55,727 nucleotides of DNA from Octopus bimaculoides (lineage: Eukaryota), in NCBI RefSeq assembly GCF_001194135.2, contig NC_068981.1:56640291-56696017 (forward strand), in the 5' to 3' direction. The position numbers and the translations under genes are program-made. Position 1 is the stretch's first letter. Every line of letters begins with the position of its first letter. Of this stretch, positions 52,320 to 55,727 are shown piece after piece. The notes below the pieces were generated by a model. That model was given only the letters and a program-made list of their open reading frames with translations, was not told the DNA's origin and did not search any database.

Positions 52320-52790
52320 TAACATTGGCACAAGACCACAACATTTGGTGCAGGGTACAGTTAATCAAATTAACACAAGTACTTGACTGTTGCTGCTGCT
52401 TATTTTTATCGTACCCTGGTGGATAAACTGTTAAGTAGACACCGGTGGGATTTGAACTCAGGATAGAAAAAACATTCTACTTAAAAGTTTCCGCCATAAT
52501 TATATTTACACGCGCGAATTCAGATGCACACAGTTACAGGCATGAAGTCTGTTTTTAAAATGTGTCTATTCCTCAAAGAGAGGAACTGAGATACAAAGAA
52601 TAGTGCTTTGCATTTCTACTATAGGCACATGGCCTTAAATTTTGGAGAACATGCTTATATACGGAGGAAGAGTGAAATGGCGAGGCTGGCAGATTTACGG
52701 TGGAAAATACTATAATCAAAAGAGGAATCCCGAGGATGTTGTAGGGTAGAATCAACCCCAGCAGAATTTGAACTTCAACACAGAAGCGAA
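52320..52790 (-). mobile_element. Two degenerate SINE copies (34.7-kb family): ~52320-52475 and ~52610-52790
   Basis: Both show the inverted family landmarks (ggcacaagacc / ggcacatggcc ... ggatttgaactcag / gaatttgaacttc). Confidence 0.55.
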
Positions 52791-54189
52791 AAAGATAAAC
52801 AGCTGCGTCCAGTCCAATGCTCTAGTTTCTCAGCTTTCTGTAGCGACCTAAGAGATATTAACAAAAGGATCAGTGAGAAAAACATTCTATGAGATACAAT
52901 GAAACGAATATTCCTCTTCGCAGTTAATTCCTAAGGAAGTCATTCCAATTGTTGTCCTGTTGTCTTAATTTCTCAGTTCCATTATTTAGCGTGTATATTT
53001 TACATTTGCATGATAAACGGTAAAACGTTGAGATTTCAGCAAGAAAAACAAAACAAAAACAAAAGAGAACCAACATATTAAAGGTAAACGCAAACACAGA
53101 CACACGCATTGCTGACTCATACATACATACATACATACATACATATACACACATACACATGCATACATTCCTTAAAGTTATGTCATTACAACTGAGATAA
53201 TTGAGTAGTAATAATTATCTCTATTTATTTATCATATTTTGTTTCCGTTTAACTAATTATTGGCGAATATTAAAATACCCACTAATGAGCAGATCAAAAT
53301 TGTGAACACAATTCATATTGCAGCTAACCACTTTTGGAAACATAACATAGTGCCAGTGCTACAACTACGGTGGTCGTTGATGCAGATGATAATGATGATT
53401 TTGTTATTGCTGTTGTTGGAGATGGTGGTGATGGTGGTGTGAGTTGTATTGCCGTCTTCGTTGTCGTCTTCATATTTCTTGTTTGTTATACATTGTGATG
53501 CCACATTATGATTATGTATTTTTACGGTTTTTATTTGTTGTTGTTTTTTTTTTCAAACATGTCTTCTGGCTTTTGTGTTTGTTTTAGTCGATGTTCTTTT
53601 TATCATTTATATATATATATATTTTCTTTTTTCTTTTTTCTTTTCTTAAATATGAAATGGAAAATATGCGATGTGCGTGCACAGAAAGACAAATCTTATG
53701 AAAGATGAGTTATGAAATAAAGAAAGAATACGTTCTTTAATGAATGTGTAATTAACTAAAGATAACCGAGTTAGTTATTCTGTTTCACAATTAACAAATT
53801 TCAGCCATTGTTTGTCTTGGCGGGTATATACTGCACTATTTTGCATATCTTGCTGCTGATAACTGCAGTCTCATTAGTGCAATGTTATCAAATCTATTCT
53901 TGGGGTACTGCGTTCCATAATATATGCCTTCCTACTTCTAAGTTTTTGTATCTACTGACTTTTATACGTATGTATACACATACGCTAACATAAACACATG
54001 CGTACATATTCATCTCTTTCTCTCTCTCTCTATTTATCTATAGCTATCTGTATCTGTATGTGTGTGTATGCATGCCTGTCTGTATGTACGTGTATGTAAG
54101 TGTATGGTGTGAATGTATGCATGCGTGTCTAAGTGTGTGAAAGTATACACACACACATATAATACATATGTATATGTGTGTGTATATAT

Positions 54190-54425
54190 ATATACACGGT
54201 GGTGCACCAGCATGACCGCAGCCACTTGGCTGAAACACATAAATAAATAAATAAATAAATAAATATATATACAGACACACACACAAGCACACCTTTATAT
54301 GTATGCATATGTTTGTGATTGTTAGTCCGTGACTGTGTGAGTGCGTGTACTAGAGTTGCCCAAGGTACCACGCAGTGGGACTGAAACCGGAACCATATGG
54401 TTGGGAAGCAAACAGCCACGCGTGC
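54190..54425. mobile_element. SINE tail (+, 54195-54240) and SINE head (-, ~54345-54425) of the 38-kb family
   Basis: ggtggtgcaccagcatgaccgcagccacttggctgaaac; ttgcccaaggtaccacgcagtgggactgaaaccggaaccatatggttgggaagcaa. Confidence 0.75.
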
Positions 54426-55177
54426 GCCTATATATATATATATATNNNNNNNNNNNNNNNNNNNNNNNNNNNNNNNNNNNNNNNNNNNNNNNNNNNNNNN
54501 NNNNNNNNNNNNNNNNNNNNNNNNNNNNNNNNNNNNNNNNNNNNNNNNNNNNNNNNNNNNNNNNNNNNNNNNNNNNNNNNNNNNNNNNNNNNNNNNNNNN
54601 NNNNNNNNNNNNNNNNNNNNNNNNNNNNNNNNNNNNNNNNNNNNNNNNNNNNNNNNNNNNNNNNNNNNNNNNNNNNNNNNNNNNNNNNNNNNNNNNNNNN
54701 NNNNNNNNNNNNNNNNNNNNNNNNNNNNNNNNNNNNNNNNNNNNNNNNNNNNNNNNNNNNNNNNNNNNNNNNNNNNNNNNNNNNNNNNNNNNNNNNNNNN
54801 NNNNNNNNNNNNNNNNNNNNNNNNNNNNNNNNNNNNNNNNNNNNNNNNNNNNNNNNNNNNNNNNNNNNNNNNNNNNNNNNNNNNNNNNNNNNNNNNNNNN
54901 NNNNNNNNNNNNNNNNNNNNNNNNNNNNNNNNNNNNNNNNNNNNNNNNNNNNNNNNNNNNNNNNNNNNNNNNNNNNNNNNNNNNNNNNNNNNNNNNNNNN
55001 NNNNNNNNNNNNNNNNNNNNNNNNNNNNNNNNNNNNNNNNNNNNNNNNNNNNNNNNNNNNNNNNNNNNNNNNNNNNNNNNNNNNNNNNNNNNNNNNNNNN
55101 NNNNNNNNNNNNNNNNNNNNNNNNNNNNNNNNNNNNNNNNNNNNNNNNNNNNNNNNNNNNNNNNNNNNNNNNNNNNN

Positions 55178-55725
55178 TATACAAGGGATAACAATCGAGA
55201 AAATTAGTGGACCAGAAATTCCAGTGATGTCGTAGAAATTCTCCGGCAACCACTTCAGACTCTGTCCGAAGTATATGGCGCGGAGCCAAATCGTGGTGCC
55301 ACACATAGGGCCTTCTTAACAGCAACCCTCTCTAGTCAGTTTTTTTTTTTTATCACAGTCTCCAACAGCTCCACATAGATGTGTGAATTGTACCTAAGAC
55401 CTAGTTCAAAGGTATCGGAATGAATCCCGACTGGTCAGGCTCTGTAGTCTCCATTGCAGTTGTCCATGTTACGTCTTACACCTTTTACAGTGTTCTCAGA
55501 GCATTGAGCAGCAGTCATGATGTCGGCATTTTCATACCCGGCGCGAATCATCATGAAACAGGTAACTCTTTTCAAATACTCAGCTGGTTGCTAGTCCTCC
55601 ATGTCAGCTAACTTTTTCTCAACTACAACATTCATCTCCGATGCCATTGACTGTTCACCAATACATGAAGCTGTTCATGAAAAAGCAAGAATAAAAATCG
55701 TTAAATTTAGCCCGAACACCTTGTA
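55178..55725 (-). mobile_element. Internally deleted Tc1/mariner-superfamily element; its 3' end is lost in the gap
   Basis: TIR-like ta|caaggtgttcgggctaaattt at the window end. N-terminal MMIRAGYENADIMTAAQCSENTVKGVRRNMDNCNGDY is joined almost directly to catalytic-region GLRYNSHIYVELLETV, RPYVWHHDLAPRH, KWLPENFYD and NFWSTNFLDCYPL (degenerate WPPNSPDLNPLD). Confidence 0.82.
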
Positions 55726-55727
55726 TA

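Overview
Eukaryotic, AT-rich, microsatellite-dense draft-assembly sequence with about 17 N-gaps, most of them next to (TA)n or other simple repeats. The repeat families look like those of an octopod cephalopod; this is an inference from memory of those families, not a database result. I found no credible host protein-coding gene. Nearly all ORFs in the supplied track are translations of simple repeats or gaps. The window is an intronic or intergenic transposon graveyard containing: a Penelope-like RT fragment; a CR1/L2-group RT; several R4/Dong-like RLE retrotransposon 3' ends; an RTE-like 3' end; Tc1/mariner and probable Kolobok remnants; at least three tRNA-headed SINE families; and many foldback elements. 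Three structures stand out. (1) A 602-bp TIR element with an 8-bp TSD whose centre is a diverging (TAACCC)8/(GGGTTA)7 telomeric palindrome. (2) A young-looking tRNA-type Pol III SINE head fused directly to a ~500-bp foldback, with no TTTT terminator until after the hairpin. (3) A near-intact hammerhead ribozyme with a ~105-nt extended stem II, plus two more degenerate hammerhead-like remnants near Penelope-like sequence.
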